A DNA stretch of 64,000 bases, taken from a virus (taxonomy: Duplodnaviria > Heunggongvirae > Uroviricota > Caudoviricetes). Of this stretch, positions 35,066-44,383 are shown in pieces. The position numbers and the translations under genes are program-made. Position 1 is the first letter of the stretch. Every line of letters starts with the position of its first letter. The stretch lies in the IMG/VR virus record IMGVR_UViG_3300037484_000445, positions 195,863 through 259,862 of that record; one strand, given 5' to 3'. The notes beneath the pieces are model-generated. The model saw only the letters and a list, made by a program, of their open reading frames with translations, was not told the DNA's origin and did no database searches.

Positions 35066-35989
35066 ATGGTGATGTACCGGTCCAAAGACCTCACTGCTGC
35101 CCAAAATGCCCCTTCGAAGCCGTACCTTACGGACACCCATAACGCCACGGATCCTAATTTATGGGAAAAAGTCCTCATGGTAGCCAGAGGTGACCTTAGG
35201 TACATGACTCGAGTGGGACCTAAAGGTCCTCGAACAATCCACGCACCAAACCACGGTTTGGGTTACCGGCATTGGCCTAACATGCGAGCGGTGGCTTGGG
35301 CGGTTAAGCAGTACAATGGCTATGGTGGACGGTGGAAAAGTAAAGATGAGGGGAAAGAAGTCACAGCCAGTGCAGAGGGTTATTCTGGATGGATGGGCTT
35401 TAGGGTTCCGAGAGGCACTTCCAGAGTCCTAAGCCAGATAGACGTCCCTGGTCTTCGCGAGGATGAGGGTAGTTTGCACACCACCCTCATTTACATGGGG
35501 CAGGGCACGTCTTTGGAATCTTTCTGTCGAGCGGTAGAAGTAGCTTTTGTAGTTATTTCAACAGCGGCCCCTTTCACGCTAAAGACCAACAAGGTCATCA
35601 GTTTTCCAAAGGGCGACGATGGCGTGCCTATTGTATGTAAGGTTGAGTCCGGTCCCTTACATGAGTTTCACGGGAAAATGACGGCTGCTTTAGATGAAAC
35701 TGGCGTTGAGTACAACAAGAAATACCCTGTATACAAGCCTCATGTTTGCCTATCCTACGCCGACGAGACCCTACCCGATCTGGAGATCCCTACAATTGAG
35801 TGGGGTGCTCATGAATTGGAACTTTGGCTAGGACACAATGGCACATTAGCTTCGGTCAACATCCCCATACACCTCGTCAAAGGCCGGATAGCAATCGGGA
35901 ATGGTTGCACGAGTGCTAGACTCAGTCTCCAGAATGGCCTCAGCGTGTTCCGGACAATGTGGCGATTCAAAACCAGGGATCATGGGTAA
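35066..35989 (+). CDS. 2H phosphoesterase fused to a small N-terminal domain
   Basis: LHTTLIY and KPHVCLSY; N-domain WPN...AWAVKQY...GGRWK; KEVTAS linker. Confidence 0.75.
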   Translation: MVMYRSKDLTAAQNAPSKPYLTDTHNATDPNLWEKVLMVARGDLRYMTRVGPKGPRTIHAPNHGLGYRHWPNMRAVAWAVKQYNGYGGRWKSKDEGKEVTASAEGYSGWMGFRVPRGTSRVLSQIDVPGLREDEGSLHTTLIYMGQGTSLESFCRAVEVAFVVISTAAPFTLKTNKVISFPKGDDGVPIVCKVESGPLHEFHGKMTAALDETGVEYNKKYPVYKPHVCLSYADETLPDLEIPTIEWGAHELELWLGHNGTLASVNIPIHLVKGRIAIGNGCTSARLSLQNGLSVFRTMWRFKTRDHG

Positions 35990-36185
35990 GGCTGGGGGAC
36001 GAGGGATCACGATAGAAGCTGTTCCGTGAGTATCTTCGAAGTTACAAGGTTTTGTAGGAACGCTCATACTAACCGCCCATTGAAAAAGGAACCCGATCCT
36101 AGCACCACAAACACCCTAACGCCGACCTTTTGGTAAATTAAGGGTGACATGTGTGTCTGTGAGTGTAAGCTTTATTGAGAATCTT

Positions 36186-36947
36186 ATGCCGAGCATCGAC
36201 CAAATTGAAAGGGATCTCCAAGCTCTATTGGATAGGCGGAACGCCTCGAACATAGTGCCTGTAAACCCCCAAAACCTTCCGGACTTGGATCCAACCATGT
36301 TCCTCTCGGCTTCTGCCACGAGGGAATATCAAGCGGCTCAGGCTCTTCAACAAGGGCCTGCATTCAACCCGCACCAAACCTTCAGTCCACCCTCGATAGA
36401 CGCAGCCTACCAGGACTTCTTGGGTCTTACGCCGCTTTCTGCGGCACTGGCCGCACCGGTACCGGCGGCTCCCGTAGACAATCAAGCCACTCTGGAAGAT
36501 CTTTGGCTCAGATCAGCTATGGCTGAAACGGGGGCATCCCCTGACACACCAAGACTAGTCCCGGAGGCGTCCCCCATCGAGTTCATGACGGACGACATGC
36601 CGGACATTGAGGGTTTCGAGCGGTATCCTCAGCAGAGGCATCCAACTACACAAGGTTTCGTTGTAAGTCAGAGGGGCCCTGACGGGCATTTTGATGCGGT
36701 TGTCAGTCAGCGTAACGCCAATGGTCGATTCGAGTCCGTGAGGCCGTCAGCTGAGGCCCTGAGGCGTCAAGAGACACAACAGAGCCCTCGAGTAGCAACG
36801 GCCCTGTCCCAACCAAGCCTTCCCGCTCCAAGCCCCCTGGACAGAGTACTTGGAGCTAGCCCCTTCGATCGGTCCAATCAACGCGAAGGTTCCCCCAAAG
36901 AAACCATCCTGGATAGGGTTTTGACCCCTAGTCCATTCGACGACTAG
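36186..36947 (+). CDS. low-complexity protein with two C-terminal LDRVL...SPFD motifs
   Basis: PSPLDRVLGASPFD and ETILDRVLTPSPFDD. Confidence 0.65.
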   Translation: MPSIDQIERDLQALLDRRNASNIVPVNPQNLPDLDPTMFLSASATREYQAAQALQQGPAFNPHQTFSPPSIDAAYQDFLGLTPLSAALAAPVPAAPVDNQATLEDLWLRSAMAETGASPDTPRLVPEASPIEFMTDDMPDIEGFERYPQQRHPTTQGFVVSQRGPDGHFDAVVSQRNANGRFESVRPSAEALRRQETQQSPRVATALSQPSLPAPSPLDRVLGASPFDRSNQREGSPKETILDRVLTPSPFDD

Positions 36948-37291
36948 TTTGAAGCCGGTGGTTTCTCGACGTACACTTGGTCCAAGTCGATATTGCAGGC
37001 TTCTAAGTGTTCGGAGATGCGCTGCACAGCTAGGCGGGATAACCGCATAGCCTCGGTTTCGAATCTCAGTTGAGCCTCCAAGAAATCTTCGAAATACGAG
37101 TGGTATTCATCGGAGAACTTCTCGTCTGTGGGGTCGTGTTCCGCGCAAAAGACCGTAGCCATCTCCAAGCTCAAAGACATACGCTCGTCTCTGGGGAGGC
37201 TTTGCCATTGCTGGTAAAGCTCAATCAACTCCTGGGAGAAGGGTAGTTCTTGAACCGTTTTGACATCAGGGGGAGTGTTTTCGTCAGCCAT
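36944..37291 (-). CDS. hypothetical protein
   Basis: Start reassigned to MADENT. Confidence 0.6.
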   Translation of the reverse strand: MADENTPPDVKTVQELPFSQELIELYQQWQSLPRDERMSLSLEMATVFCAEHDPTDEKFSDEYHSYFEDFLEAQLRFETEAMRLSRLAVQRISEHLEACNIDLDQVYVEKPPASN

Positions 37292-37559
37292 CGAAGGGAC
37301 TCGCGGTGAGAATTCTGTCCATAGTGGACAACCTTTGGAATGTGTGTGTTGTGCCATACACCTGATTCAGGTGATGGAGAGACGAATTGTGGGGTTGTTT
37401 GCAACCGGACTTGAAGATTAGGGATAGTTCGCGGCTATCTCCATCAATCGACTCTTCAAGTCGATCCACACTCTCATCTTTCTGAAGCATACCCACAATG
37501 TACCGATACCGTTTTTCGGCATCAGCATCGTTGATCTGAAATATTAGGTACCACGTCAC
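37284..37559 (-). CDS. hypothetical protein
   Basis: GTG 11 nt after GGTGTA. Confidence 0.55.
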   Translation of the reverse strand: MTWYLIFQINDADAEKRYRYIVGMLQKDESVDRLEESIDGDSRELSLIFKSGCKQPHNSSLHHLNQVYGTTHTFQRLSTMDRILTASPFDG

Positions 37560-37622
37560 CACACACAAGCTACACCAATAGATTCACAGCAGTACTAAGG
37601 ATCTACTTTAGAAAAGGCACTA

Positions 37623-38051
37623 GTGATGGATACCTCGACGACACTGCAAGGAGTCCCCGGCCAAAAACAGGCAGAAACCGCTTTAGATAATCTGGCCGGC
37701 CAAGGGATCTTAGGGTCGTTGTGCGTAATCATGATCATTGCGCTGTTCTTTGCAGTTAGAGCAATTCTGCGGGCTAAAGACGACAGAATTGGGGACCAGC
37801 GAATGATGATTGAGGCCCTACAGAAGTTGAACGACGCTTCACGTGAGCTCGCCATCGAGCTGAACAAGGCCTCATCAAATCTCGTCGTGGAGTCTACTAA
37901 GAACCACGACGCTGTGAAAAATGCTCTAACTGCTCAAGACCGGTCCTTGACGGATCTTGTTCAGACCGTTAGGGAACTTCGTGACGAAGAGTTACAGTTG
38001 AGGGTGGCGGTGACAGACCTTCGACACACTAACGGGAGATCTGCCCGATGA
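37623..38051 (+). CDS. single-TM coiled-coil protein, holin-like
   Basis: GILGSLCVIMIIALFFAV then coiled coil. Confidence 0.55.
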   Translation: MMDTSTTLQGVPGQKQAETALDNLAGQGILGSLCVIMIIALFFAVRAILRAKDDRIGDQRMMIEALQKLNDASRELAIELNKASSNLVVESTKNHDAVKNALTAQDRSLTDLVQTVRELRDEELQLRVAVTDLRHTNGRSAR

Positions 38052-38239
38052 GCTGGGTTAAACGCATCATGTTCTGGAAGCGTGAAAAGATCGCAGAAGA
38101 ACTCGAGACGGAAGCTTTATTCAGGGCTCAGTTACATGAAGCCTTTTTACGTCAAGATGACCTTTTGGCGGCGGTCCAAAAGATGAAGAGAGCCCGAGAG
38201 AGATATCGAACAACCCTTCGTAGTCGCCCAACAGGATGA
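38048..38239 (+). CDS. hypothetical protein
   Basis: ATGA coupling. Confidence 0.6.
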   Translation: MSWVKRIMFWKREKIAEELETEALFRAQLHEAFLRQDDLLAAVQKMKRARERYRTTLRSRPTG

Positions 38240-38249
38240 GGATGAGCTT

Positions 38250-38750
38250 ATGCCTACTTCCACTCCAGCCTCAGATAGTGACCGCCCTATTGACCCCAAC
38301 CAAGAGCTTGCTGGCCTTGATAGGATCGTCGAAGTCATAGCCCGACTCGTTCTCAAGTTCGGCCGTGCTACGTCAGCACTTTTGGCTATCGGCGGCCTCT
38401 TGATCCTATGCCTGATCATTCTCATTGTCTCGATGGTCCAGTTCATAACCATTCGCAATGAGATGCGAGATCTTCTCGACCGCCAGGAACTCCTTATTAA
38501 GTCCCAAGCCCGTCTCGAGAAGTCCGCCCTAGCCACACAAGTGGTACTCGAGGAAACCCAAAAGAAGGTGTCCGAGACTCAAGCTAAGGTCGAAACCGTG
38601 GCTGAATCCACCCCCAAAATCAAGGTGGATTCAAAGACAGGTAAGACCCGACTTGTCATTCAAAAGCCTGCTGTAGCACCAAGTGTGTCGGCGCCCTCTA
38701 AGCCGGCCGAGGTGGAATTCAACATTGGGCCAGGTATCAAGGCTGATTGA
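38250..38750 (+). CDS. single-TM coiled-coil protein
   Basis: ALLAIGGLLILCLIILIVSM then coiled coil. Confidence 0.6.
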   Translation: MPTSTPASDSDRPIDPNQELAGLDRIVEVIARLVLKFGRATSALLAIGGLLILCLIILIVSMVQFITIRNEMRDLLDRQELLIKSQARLEKSALATQVVLEETQKKVSETQAKVETVAESTPKIKVDSKTGKTRLVIQKPAVAPSVSAPSKPAEVEFNIGPGIKAD

Positions 38751-39282
38751 GTAGTCGAGTCCTGAGGTACATCAGGACTCGACCAAGCTTGTTCTCACCA
38801 ACCTTGGATGAGCCCCAACCCCAGTATGGATCGGGTATGGCGTCCTCGATGAGAGGCTCCGTACCCGTCCCTATTAGGGTGTCGTAAATGCTTTGGTGTT
38901 GTGTCACCTTAGCTCGTACTACCTCGAACATAACAACGTCTTTGGTGCGAGCAAACAAGGGCTCCGCTGTGACACCACAACGATTGATACCGTCGTCAGG
39001 CTGAGGTTTTTGGCTCAGTAGTGCTTGTAGGGCGTCGTTAGGTGCTAGGTCCCAGTCTTTTCTAAGGGGATAGCTCCTATTGCGGCCAAGCCGTGCCGCC
39101 GTTCCTGGGGTCTCAGCATCTAGAATGAGCTTCACCAAGTCTGGTCGGTGTGGGTGGAACTTCATCGCCTGAAATGCCGCTTCAGAAGTCTTCCACGTGT
39201 GCCCATAGATCTGCACTTCATGCCGGGAGAAGTTAGAGAAACACCCGTAAGGGTCGTTGGGGCTGTAAAACAGGATGGCCAT
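38737..39282 (-). CDS. NADAR (YbiA-like) ADP-ribose glycohydrolase
   Basis: YGCFSNF, SEAAFQAMKF, LIED...YWG.G...GENKLG..LM. Confidence 0.9.
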   Translation of the reverse strand: MAILFYSPNDPYGCFSNFSRHEVQIYGHTWKTSEAAFQAMKFHPHRPDLVKLILDAETPGTAARLGRNRSYPLRKDWDLAPNDALQALLSQKPQPDDGINRCGVTAEPLFARTKDVVMFEVVRAKVTQHQSIYDTLIGTGTEPLIEDAIPDPYWGWGSSKVGENKLGRVLMYLRTRLLNQP

Positions 39283-39329
39283 GACCGGTTTCTACACCAG
39301 CCACGGCCACCACACTACAGCTCTTCAGG

Positions 39330-41069
39330 CTACTTCAAACTGAGGCCGTAGATCTTGTGTCCTCGTTCGAAGGCGGCACGGCCATTGGCGATCATGAGGC
39401 GCATGTCGTTTCCAATGGCTGGGTCGTCCACAACCTTCACGGACTTGGACCCCTTGGAGGCCGAGAAGGCTTCCAGCTTGTCCTCCTCGGTGATAACGAT
39501 ACAGACCCCTGAGGCCAAAGTGATGAAGTTCAACCCTGTGAGGGCTATGTCTTCGACCTTTCGTAGGTCGTAAGTCAGGTAATCCGGATCGAAGCGGAAA
39601 ATCAGGCGGTCATACTTGCCCGCTTGCTCTCCAACTACCATGAGGACTCCACCCTCGAACTTGGCTTCCAAAACCTTGTATTTGTCGAGCTCTGGTACAC
39701 GAACTTGGTACCCCCTGTGGCTCTGTGGGAACAAGGAAATGTAAATCGATCCGATCATGCTTTGGATAACCACCCCTTCATAGAGGTCCGAGGCTTGTTC
39801 CAAAACATCGGCCACACAATGTGAAGCCGAGACTAGACAGGTATTGGCCAATTCGGAGAACTCGACTTCAAGGACTCGAGAACCGTTACGGACGTAGAAG
39901 CGGTCACCACTTTTGGCTAAGTCGTTGGCGTTGATCTCGAGGACTTCAGACTTTCTGGCCGAGTAGTTGAAGAATGTCAGCTTCTTTTGGTAACTGTTCA
40001 GGCCAACGGGCAAGTTTTTCTTTGGCGTGAACCCAATGAGAGTTTCACCGGGGATCGTAGCGCCTTCGAATATGCATTGGCCGTTGTGAAGCAGTCTGGA
40101 TCGGCCGTCCTTGGTGATGAGGGCCAAAGTTGATCCGTTGCTCTCTGCGTATTGGAGCAAAGTCCACTCCTCGTAGTCGAAGATGTCCGAGATGACCAGG
40201 TTCCCGCCAGTAACGACGAGAGGTACCATAGGACCGGTGAAAATGACCGCTGCTGGGCCTCCACGGGGGTCGGGCGGGGGTAGACGCTTCCCGTCCTCAA
40301 GAACGGCCTTGAGCCAATCCTTGAAGTTGGAGGGGATGACGTCAAAGGGCAGAGCACATCCAGGCAGTCTAGCCCCCGTCCTGAAGGCCGAGATGTTGTT
40401 CCGCATCCGATATTCCATCTGGTCCTGCGAGGGCATCCCATCAGTCAGAGGGTGGTTACCCCCGTAAGGGTGGACCCGCGTGTACAGCTGGAACATCAAG
40501 ACGGCATAGCTGTACCAATCTGATAGCTCAGACCACCCATCCGAACTCTTGACTGAGTAGTCTCGTATTAAGGGGCTGAGGAAGGTTGCCGGGTAACCAG
40601 CTACTTGGTAGGAATCAACGTCAATGAAGTAGGCGTCATCCCAAGTATCTGGGATCAAGACGTTCATGGCATTGAAGTCGATCATAAGCGCCTTGGCGGC
40701 GTGAATATGTGGCACATGTTCCCAAATCTTGGCGGACACGGTCACGATGTTGTCTTGCGAGACCTTATTGCGATCTCGAAAAGTCTTCGTGAAGAGATGC
40801 CCAAGCGTGTGCTTCGAGGGTACCTCTTTCATCGTGTACCCGATGGGGACCTTTTTGCTATCAAGCAGGATACTTTCGGGCTTGATGACGTGGTCGTCAG
40901 CGATTACCTTGAGGATCTGAAACTTGGCATCCGGTATAGCGTTAGCCGGATCCGTGTAGATTTTGAAGGCTTGACCCTGGTACACGTAGACCGAGGCTTG
41001 ACCACCTGCAGCCCGAAAGTGATTTTGCGTGAGGTTCACATCCCCGACACCCTTGACTGTAACCTTCAT
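39330..41069 (-). CDS. YegI-like protein kinase with beta-rich C-terminal half
   Basis: GGQASVY, AFKIY, DFNAMNVL, IDVDSYQ, SDWYSYAVL...HPY.G. Confidence 0.8.
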   Translation of the reverse strand: MKVTVKGVGDVNLTQNHFRAAGGQASVYVYQGQAFKIYTDPANAIPDAKFQILKVIADDHVIKPESILLDSKKVPIGYTMKEVPSKHTLGHLFTKTFRDRNKVSQDNIVTVSAKIWEHVPHIHAAKALMIDFNAMNVLIPDTWDDAYFIDVDSYQVAGYPATFLSPLIRDYSVKSSDGWSELSDWYSYAVLMFQLYTRVHPYGGNHPLTDGMPSQDQMEYRMRNNISAFRTGARLPGCALPFDVIPSNFKDWLKAVLEDGKRLPPPDPRGGPAAVIFTGPMVPLVVTGGNLVISDIFDYEEWTLLQYAESNGSTLALITKDGRSRLLHNGQCIFEGATIPGETLIGFTPKKNLPVGLNSYQKKLTFFNYSARKSEVLEINANDLAKSGDRFYVRNGSRVLEVEFSELANTCLVSASHCVADVLEQASDLYEGVVIQSMIGSIYISLFPQSHRGYQVRVPELDKYKVLEAKFEGGVLMVVGEQAGKYDRLIFRFDPDYLTYDLRKVEDIALTGLNFITLASGVCIVITEEDKLEAFSASKGSKSVKVVDDPAIGNDMRLMIANGRAAFERGHKIYGLSLK

Positions 41070-41923
41070 GCTAGTTCTCCCAAGTAGAGGCCGGCTACAG
41101 ACAAGTCATCCGTGTGCTTCCATTTGTTCTCGGCACAGAAGCGCTCAAGGAACATGCTGCAACGTCGAGTGATGAACTTCCCCGCGAAGCCCTTGAGGGC
41201 GAAGACTTGATCCAACACCTTTTCGATCGGGACAGGTTGATTGTCTGGTGTTTGGAAGCTCTCCACACCGTCCGAGAAGATGATAGCCAGATCGATGTCT
41301 TCGCGGCGGAAGCTCTGAGCATCTATGGGGGCAGCCACATTCAAGAATAGGGTTGAGGTTGTGGGGGTACCCCACTCTCCTTGTTCTGTTCGATAATTGT
41401 CGAGGTATTGCACAGTTTTTGCCTCGCTGAAGTATTGAGCCAATTGTTTGGGCTCCAATTGGTAGCGGAGGTAGTTGGGCATGTTGTTGCCGTACTTGAC
41501 TGTGCTGTAGTAAATTCTACCGTTCCGATAGCGGACAGCTATGACGCCATCCCCGCATCGAAAGGCTCCGATCGCATCCCCGTCTTGAATGACCCCGACG
41601 AGCGTAGCATCCAAGGCGGTGTTCCCCAACATAGCCTGTCTGGCCATAGCCATAGCGTCGGCAGTGATTTTGATGGCTGGAAACGTCTCTTGCAGGTCAA
41701 GCGCTCTGGAAACCTGAACTTCTGACAGGTAACGGCAGGTGGATCGAACTAAGAACCGGGATCCGAAGTCCGTGAAAGGTGACCCCGGAATGTTAGGTTC
41801 TGGCTGACCTGAACAACCGTCGGAGATCAAAGCGTACTGCCGACCATCTTTCGTTCCGGATAGTGCATAGTCCTGGCAGATTGTGTGGAGGGAACCCATA
41901 CGGAAAAAGAAGTCGTTGCTCAT
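41066..41923 (-). CDS. PP2C-like (YegK-type) protein phosphatase
   Basis: H..CQDYA, ISDGCS, CGDG, FSDGVESF, DDLS. Confidence 0.82.
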   Translation of the reverse strand: MSNDFFFRMGSLHTICQDYALSGTKDGRQYALISDGCSGQPEPNIPGSPFTDFGSRFLVRSTCRYLSEVQVSRALDLQETFPAIKITADAMAMARQAMLGNTALDATLVGVIQDGDAIGAFRCGDGVIAVRYRNGRIYYSTVKYGNNMPNYLRYQLEPKQLAQYFSEAKTVQYLDNYRTEQGEWGTPTTSTLFLNVAAPIDAQSFRREDIDLAIIFSDGVESFQTPDNQPVPIEKVLDQVFALKGFAGKFITRRCSMFLERFCAENKWKHTDDLSVAGLYLGELA

Positions 41924-41957
41924 CGGTAAGCCTTCAGCTGGGAGAGGTGGTAAGGGG

Positions 41958-41987
41958 GAGGCTCCTCGTATGGATACGAAGAGCCTC
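41958..41987 (-). promoter_or_regulatory. 13-14-bp intra-operon hairpin between the vWA and PP2C genes
   Basis: gaggctcctcgtat-gg-atacgaagagcctc. Confidence 0.55.
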
Positions 41988-42006
41988 GCTAGTCCCCTCA
42001 ACCAAT

Positions 42007-42750
42007 TCAGAACGTAATTGGCTTGCTGGCGCTGCCGGTGCCCAAGGACTGGGACTGGCTCGACACCGAGGCAACGACGAACCCGGCAATCTTGGCAAAC
42101 GTTTTGGGGTCGGCCTTGTCGACTTCAATGTATTGGTCGATGTTGGCGGCTTGAACGAAATCCTTGAGACACTGACTGATTCGAGGATCAGTGATGTTGA
42201 CCCCGATGAGGATGATGATGATCGATTCCAAAGACTCTTGCTGACGAGCCTTATCCACGGCGGCCTTTACGTCGCCAACGGGATGGGTCGATCCAACATC
42301 TTCACCGTCCGTCACGATGACCACGATGCCGTTGGCCTTGTAGTCCTTGGCGATCAGATCCTTACCTGCGTTGGCCAAGGACTCGACAATATTCACGGAA
42401 GCGTCGTACAAGGACGTGCAACCACCAGGCCTGATGATGCCCTTGTAGGAATCCGGAGCACAATCGACCAACAGCTTGAAGTCGTGAACCTGATCGACGT
42501 TGCTGTCGAAGGTCAAACAACGAACCAACATGTTGTCGGCCCGGGGAGCATTTTGGCAACCCTTGATCACGTTCGTGGCGGCGTCTTCGATGATCTGCCG
42601 GAACCCGGTGACGCTTCCGCTTTTGTCCAGAATGAGGCCGAACAGGGTGTAGGAGTCGGCGCCCAGGTCGTTAACGTTGATGTTCGAAAAACCGTAGTGG
42701 CTCGTCTTGATTGGGGCGGCAGTCGTGTCGTCATCCATTAGTGGGGGCAT
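42007..42750 (-). CDS. vWA-domain (TerY-like) protein
   Basis: LILDKSGSV MIDAS, TFD, GGCTSLYDA, IVTDGED. Confidence 0.85.
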   Translation of the reverse strand: MPPLMDDDTTAAPIKTSHYGFSNINVNDLGADSYTLFGLILDKSGSVTGFRQIIEDAATNVIKGCQNAPRADNMLVRCLTFDSNVDQVHDFKLLVDCAPDSYKGIIRPGGCTSLYDASVNIVESLANAGKDLIAKDYKANGIVVIVTDGEDVGSTHPVGDVKAAVDKARQQESLESIIIILIGVNITDPRISQCLKDFVQAANIDQYIEVDKADPKTFAKIAGFVVASVSSQSQSLGTGSASKPITF

Positions 42751-42804
42751 AGTGCGAAGTCCTTAGGGATTGATTCTGATCTGAGTTTGGAAGTTGAAGA
42801 TTGG

Positions 42805-43608
42805 TTACGCTAGGAAATCGACCGAAGTCGAAACGTTCATACCACGGCCGGTCATCTCCTTGATGAACGCGTCACCAAGAGCTTCACAGCCTGTTACGTT
42901 TGATGTGGTGTCCGTCAACAGCCACATCTTCTTGATGAGGTTCGGATCTGAGAAGGCGTTGACGGTATCTCGGAAGGTGTTAGCCAAACAGTGGGAGAGA
43001 GCTTCACCGGTCCAAGCCAGCATATCAGCGGTCTCGAAGACCTGGATCAACGGGCGGTTCAACTGAGTAGTAGGATCCTCAGGGTCCGGAACTTCAGCGC
43101 GGACGGCACTGAAATGCTCAGTGTAGGGATTCGAACCCTTGGTGACCTTGTTGGCCGTGGCGTATCGAGTCCGCTCCCAGTAGTCAACGGCATCCACAAG
43201 ATCGTCATTGAGGTTGTTTCCTTCACGCCCGATCAAACAGTGCTCGGGCCAAATCATGTGGGGGTAACGCCCGGTAGCTTCCAGGGCTTGGAGGTACTTG
43301 TACGACCGATCACGAGCTTTGGCCGAACGCGTACGCCACTTACCTGCCTTGAAGTCTGCCGGTGTGATAACCGTGAAAGGCGCTGGTGCGTTGCCGCTGT
43401 CGTTGATCCACCAAGTCGGATGGCTGATATCAATGAGATCGTGGCTATCCATGGTCACGTGGATGTCCGAAATCTTGGGAGTCAAGCGCTTGATCATCTT
43501 GGAGGTTCGTCCGGCGTTGTCCTCGCCCCCTTTGACGTAAAGAGCCCCATTCGGTCGGGTGAAGTCTTTTTGAATGTCGATGCAGACGATTTGCAGATTG
43601 AGTGCCAT
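42805..43608 (-). CDS. pncA: nicotinamidase (PncA)-like cysteine hydrolase
   Basis: IDIQKDF, TMDSH, HPTWW, WPEHC, KGSNP, GEALSHC. Confidence 0.8.
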   Translation of the reverse strand: MALNLQIVCIDIQKDFTRPNGALYVKGGEDNAGRTSKMIKRLTPKISDIHVTMDSHDLIDISHPTWWINDSGNAPAPFTVITPADFKAGKWRTRSAKARDRSYKYLQALEATGRYPHMIWPEHCLIGREGNNLNDDLVDAVDYWERTRYATANKVTKGSNPYTEHFSAVRAEVPDPEDPTTQLNRPLIQVFETADMLAWTGEALSHCLANTFRDTVNAFSDPNLIKKMWLLTDTTSNVTGCEALGDAFIKEMTGRGMNVSTSVDFLA

Positions 43609-43623
43609 AAATAACCGATTCTC

Positions 43624-44322
43624 CTAACGTTTCTTTGGAGCGAAGTCCAAGGTAATACCACTAGCCAACAAGTCATCGTACGCACTGCGGTTGAACGAGT
43701 ACGTTGGGGCGGGACGATGATCTCCCCGTCGTACTCCCTTTTCGGTAAGGACTCCCAAAGCTTGCATTCGCTTATGGAAGTTGGAAGCATCTAGAGTTCG
43801 TCTGAGCAGGGCTTCATAAAGGTCCTTGAGCTCTCCTAGGGTAAACTCCGTTGGTAGAAGTTCGAAACCTAACGGGGAATACCTGACCTTGGTGGACAGC
43901 CTTTCTAAGGCCATCTCCAGGATGTCATTGTGGTCGAAGGCAAGCTTGGCACTAAAAGCCTTGTCAATGCCCGACCAAAAGGCCTCTTTGGTTTTGAATC
44001 CAGCTTGAGGGTGCAGTTTATCCGACCGGATCACGCCGAGGTAGGCGATAGATATCACCCAATCCCCTGGATCTCGGTCAGGATTACTGAAGGTGTACAG
44101 TTGTTCTAAGTGGGTAGGCCGTATAGCAGTCTTGTCTTTGAGTACTCGATAGGCAGTTCCTTGCGCCGTCTCACCGGCATGCATATAGCCCCCTGGGAGG
44201 GCCAGATGCCCCCTATACGTCCCTTCAGCGCGTTCAATAAGGAGCACCTGCAAATATTCTGCCTGGGGGTTGAAACCAAAGACGACCGCATCCACTGCCA
44301 CGTAGGGTTTAGGAAACGTCAT
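43624..44322 (-). CDS. nrtR: NrtR (NUDIX + winged-HTH) ADP-ribose-sensing repressor
   Basis: VAVDAVVF, LALPGG, LEQLYTF...RDP, LAFDH..I, FTLGEL, LDASNFHKR; the Nudix box is degenerate (RVLKDK). Confidence 0.9.
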   Translation of the reverse strand: MTFPKPYVAVDAVVFGFNPQAEYLQVLLIERAEGTYRGHLALPGGYMHAGETAQGTAYRVLKDKTAIRPTHLEQLYTFSNPDRDPGDWVISIAYLGVIRSDKLHPQAGFKTKEAFWSGIDKAFSAKLAFDHNDILEMALERLSTKVRYSPLGFELLPTEFTLGELKDLYEALLRRTLDASNFHKRMQALGVLTEKGVRRGDHRPAPTYSFNRSAYDDLLASGITLDFAPKKR

Positions 44323-44383
44323 GCTACCTTATGGGCACAATGGCCACAACCGCGGTATATACACCAGCGGACATCGGATTACG

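Noticed and set aside
41863-43614. 292-aa and 207-aa plus-strand ORFs
   Set aside because: Antisense shadows of the vWA and nicotinamidase genes.
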